61,282 nucleotides of DNA, taken from an archaeon. GTDB taxonomy: Archaea > Nanobdellota > Nanobdellia > Pacearchaeales > GW2011-AR1. Every line of letters begins with the position of its first letter. Positions within the stretch are counted from its first letter, which is position 1. The notes under the pieces are model-generated. The model had not been told where the DNA came from, did no database searches, and saw only the letters and a program-made list of their open reading frames with translations. The DNA is taken from NCBI GenBank assembly GCA_043797265.1, contig JAZDPV010000016.1, positions 1 to 61,282 of the forward strand, given 5' to 3'. This document shows positions 60,401 to 61,282 of the stretch, in pieces. Position numbers and translations under genes: made by a program.

Positions 60401-60672
60401 TTGGTTTTAGAATTCCTGACGACGCTGTTGCCGGTGATTATAAACTTGAGGGAAGTGTTTCTTACGGGGGTGGCAAGTTTTCTACTTCTGTTGACTTGGT
60501 CTTAGAAGAGTGCAGGAAGTTAAGCGTTAGCAGTTCCGTTGTTGAGCCGGTTGGTTTGAATGGCATTATTTCTGAGGCTGTTCGTGAGGAGAATGGGAAT
60601 TCGGGTTTTGTTATTTTGGGCGGTGCTTTGATTTTGTTGCTTATTATTTTAATTGTGATTTTGTTTTTGTGA
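57415..60672 (+). CDS. giant surface adhesin-like protein with the shared N-terminal module, MopE-like metal-binding motifs, cadherin-like repeats and a C-terminal TM anchor
   Basis: 'DVAYVVRD...YGMILVWDE'. 'GDGDGFFYDEDCDD' and 'DNDGDGFG'. Repeat boundaries 'VNDAPIV', 'LPVNDAPKF', 'IDVNEVPEF' and 'LPVNDAPRI'. TM helix FVILGGALILLLIILIVILFL. Confidence 0.7.
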   Translation: MKRCFFLLLVVLFFSSVLATDVAYVVRDVDNVEVNVISGIEALGFSYELIDDSKISSTDFDKYGMILVWDELLSDAELLPVGEKNSLVANSYYLEDWGIADYAGSQVSTGYLSGKILVDNMVTDGFQLLSSVSVYSKTNVVLYHLPYSVKRAPGLVNVVSTDNSNKYPVVGIINGGGKLYLGGTSSERIAFFGITESDYWSSNSMKLFKNTLHWVLTGEDGDGDGFFYDEDCDDSNAGLWQILSGYSDNDGDGFGAGSLMEVCSGNFLPKGYSDVDGDCNDSDALYNLDSDDVFKNCVNDAPIVYPLGKLVVNETDVVVIDLNVSDPEFDFLEYEIDDGRFVENGGMFRWQTENGDEGVYVFWVVVSDGEFEVEVRVEVEVLNQLSVWDEISDVGWDEDSNNFLDLKLYVSNGDGDDLIFFVNSTSEDKNIKIEDIDDGVVKFSVDKNWNGEDWVVFSVYDGSSVVNSGNVTLRVLPVNDAPKFIDNPGKIGDKTWSEGGGLDDEVNLSYYFSDVDFDVLVFDVVGNHFITVEINQSTGMVSFYSDADWFGSENIVFSATDGFDIVYSNAIVLTVIDVNEVPEFGNFSCEGEIDEDVGHECELSADDFEGDDFWFSVVDGKNADCKINGDILLYVSKKDYVGAGSCLIRVSDAYGYSERLIEFEILPVNDAPRIVKYAPVGSLKLMEEVDEIFSVVVSDVDDEDLEIYWALDSENVSTGKSYLFNRQKGVYSLEAVVSDGEFSDSHVWNVFVGDISDFSCEEVGGFVFGEDEICLGDVLGVSDVNCCSIAPTERPPEFSDAKTCSSAKLNLSSGLKIDIVYPDEGDEFEPGEGIEIEIDVDNNFDENLNLDVGVYLYDISDEDSIKNADDSVRVKKADGETLGFVLDVPENIDVDDDYVIFVRVVDRGEVYCNEDFVKIDLERVDDDVVIDSFRIVGDDLICGSYVSVEGKIKNLGMSDWDDVVFVVKNSELGIFEESEEFELEEFGGDDVVKKNFGFRIPDDAVAGDYKLEGSVSYGGGKFSTSVDLVLEECRKLSVSSSVVEPVGLNGIISEAVREENGNSGFVILGGALILLLIILIVILFL

Positions 60673-60685
60673 TATTCTTGTTCAA

Positions 60686-60937
60686 TCAGGTGAGAAGTCG
60701 GGTTATAATTAAGAGTTCGATTAGGGAGACAAAGAGGAGGATGTAGGATGCGGCGGAATAGCGTGTTTTGATTTCGGAGAGGTTTATTGATATTAGGGGA
60801 TTTTGTGAGACGTTGGTTGCGTTTTCACCTTGAATTATTTTATGGGTGTCGATTACTATGACTTGCGATAAGAACACTGCTCCCAGTATGAATGTTACGA
60901 TGGCTTGAAAAATTAGCACGAGTCTTCCCCACTTCAT
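60686..60937 (-). CDS. small membrane protein (paralog family)
   Basis: 'MKWGRLVLIFQAIVTFILGAVFLSQV' plus a C-terminal TM helix. Confidence 0.5.
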   Translation of the reverse strand: MKWGRLVLIFQAIVTFILGAVFLSQVIVIDTHKIIQGENATNVSQNPLISINLSEIKTRYSAASYILLFVSLIELLIITRLLT

Positions 60938-60959
60938 AGATGTTTTAAAGAGAAGAAGT

Positions 60960-61172
60960 TTATAAGGTTTTGGAAGAGATTTCTTTCTTGAGTTGGGCGA
61001 TGAATTTGTCGAGGGTTGTTGTTGTGATTTCTTTTGAGTCGCGTTTTCGGATTGCGATTTCGGATTGGGCTATTTCTTTAACGTTGATTGTCAGGACTTG
61101 CGAGAAGAACACAATTCCTAATACCAGTGTTATGAAAGCTTGGGCCAGCAGTATTAGTTTTCCCCACCTCAT
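60960..61172 (-). CDS. small membrane protein (paralog family)
   Basis: 'MRWGKLILLAQAFITLVLGIVFFSQV'. Tandem duplicate unit. Confidence 0.5.
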   Translation of the reverse strand: MRWGKLILLAQAFITLVLGIVFFSQVLTINVKEIAQSEIAIRKRDSKEITTTTLDKFIAQLKKEISSKTL

Positions 61173-61194
61173 AGATGTTTTAATTAATGGAAGT

Positions 61195-61282
61195 TTATAA
61201 GGTTTTGGAAGAGATTTCTTTTTTGAGTTGGGCGATGAATTCGTCGAGAGTTGTTGTCGTAATTTCTTTTGAGTCGCGTTTC
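61195..61282 (-). CDS. 3' end of a third tandem paralog (truncated by the window edge)
   Basis: 61170..61282 is nearly identical to 60936..61050. Confidence 0.45.
   Translation of the reverse strand, partial: KRDSKEITTTTLDEFIAQLKKEISSKTL

Noticed and set aside
53544-60672. Diversity-generating retroelement or polymorphic toxin associated with the giant surface proteins.
   Set aside because: No reverse transcriptase ORF, no template/variable repeat pair with A-specific mismatches, and no recognisable toxin or immunity modules were seen.

Overview
The window looks like a chromosomal segment of a small-genome, DPANN-like archaeon. Evidence for this is a group II chaperonin (thermosome), a short archaeal-type triosephosphate isomerase, archaeal uS10, an archaeal class I FBP aldolase, and an intron-containing tRNA-Tyr with the archaeal C1-G72 identity pair.

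The backbone has three parts:
- Glycolysis and sugar genes: gap, pgk, fba, tpiA, a PfkB kinase, a ROK kinase and nagB, plus GH130, GT4 and GHMP genes.
- A two-subunit [NiFe]-hydrogenase with its maturation protease, and an XPD-like helicase.
- A roughly 17-kb island of secreted, membrane-anchored giant surface proteins (44-61 kb).

Four tRNAs are present: Tyr with an intron, Gly, Asp and Ser. No rRNA or CRISPR array was found.

The most unusual content is a layer of small selfish or repetitive DNA superimposed on otherwise ordinary genes:
1. Single-gene cassettes (NYN x2, GxxExxY x2, Fic, four-helix-bundle) sit at gene boundaries. Their flanking direct repeats duplicate the end of the neighbouring host gene. 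One cassette is threaded by stop/start overlaps into the hydrogenase operon.
2. Short heptanucleotide tandem arrays (YAGNNNN, 3-7 copies) are dispersed through the window. The TAG-containing versions sit at or just after stop codons and close all three frames. CAG versions lie in frame inside pgk, fba, a cupin gene and a U32 gene, and pgk and fba share an identical 31-nt block. All arrays have the same orientation on the + strand.
3. Many unrelated perfect hairpins with 3-nt loops occur, some inside trxB.
4. Codon third positions flip with gene orientation, which indicates extreme strand compositional asymmetry.

The first ~4 kb is an AT-rich chain of ATGA-coupled mini-ORFs with HNH and PD-(D/E)XK-like nucleases next to tRNA-Tyr, and is probably an integrated element. 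All functional calls come from motif recognition by eye. No searches or computations were run.
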